A stretch of 63,979 nucleotides of DNA, counting the filler, from Octopus bimaculoides (taxonomy: Eukaryota), in NCBI RefSeq assembly GCF_001194135.2. It is 6 parts of 5 records of this genome, joined end to end, with 100 filler letters (N's around TTAATTAATTAA, not from the genome) between each part and the next. Parts side by side here need not be neighbours in the genome. Positions count along the whole stretch, not along the records: positions 62,955 to 63,979 come from NC_068985.1; 5 more parts are not named here. The stretch is one strand, 5' to 3'. Under the pieces are notes generated by a model that saw only the letters and a program-made list of their open reading frames with translations, was not told the origin of the DNA and did not search any database. The position numbers and the translations under genes were made by a program. Positions 63,640 to 63,979 of this stretch are shown in pieces (the first letter of the stretch is position 1; each line of letters starts with the position of its first letter).

Positions 63640-63925
63640 TTACTACTACTACAGAGGTGCTAACAGGAGCAATAATGATAAAGACAGCTATGAAAACGAT
63701 GCCAGCATTGAGAACAGTAAAAGCAACATTAGCCTTACCGAGAACAACACCAATAATTGCAGTGACGAGGACAAGCACAAATAACAAGGTAAACGTAGGC
63801 GAAAGCAGCAGCAGCAGTAGTCGCAGTAGCAGTAGTCGCACCACCACCACCACCACCACTACCACCACCACTACCACCACTACCACCACCACCACCACCA
63901 CCACTACCACCACCACTAACATCAA
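63355..63925. repeat. (CTA)/(CTG)/(CAC) trinucleotide field
   Basis: Direct reading. Confidence 0.95.
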
Positions 63926-63979
63926 CAAGAAGAGTAATTGGAATGCCTATGAAGATGTCAACGGTATAACAATCAGAAT

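Noticed and set aside
61115-63928. Poly-Leu/Val/Tyr ORFs
   Set aside because: Trinucleotide repeat fields and Ns. No splice or homology support.

Overview
AT-rich, microsatellite-dense, gap-ridden animal genomic DNA. The repeat landscape is most consistent with an octopus or other coleoid cephalopod (inference from recalled repeat families, not a database hit). The window is six sub-scaffolds joined by artificial N44-TTAATTAATTAA-N44 linkers. The only confidently identified host gene is a V-type H+-ATPase V0 subunit a (ATP6V0A-like) on the minus strand. Six consecutive in-frame exons (46198 down to 33290; 814 nt, GT-AG sites, matching phases) are present; the N- and C-terminal exons were not found. 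The rest is transposon-derived: a Penelope-like element (RT + GIY-YIG) with inverted terminal repeats carrying hammerhead ribozyme motifs, decayed mariner, hAT and pogo transposases, a LINE ORF1 fragment, several MITEs, many tRNA-headed SINEs and RTE 3' tails, plus fold-back hairpins. Best leads: (1) an apparently intact hammerhead antisense to the V-ATPase pre-mRNA, while its sense-strand twin is broken; (2) a ~430-nt low-complexity insert splitting the GIY and YIG motifs; (3) a SINE flanked by a ~130-bp direct duplication. No CRISPR array, rRNA, true tRNA gene or prokaryotic system is supported. Most ORF-track entries are microsatellite or N-gap artefacts.
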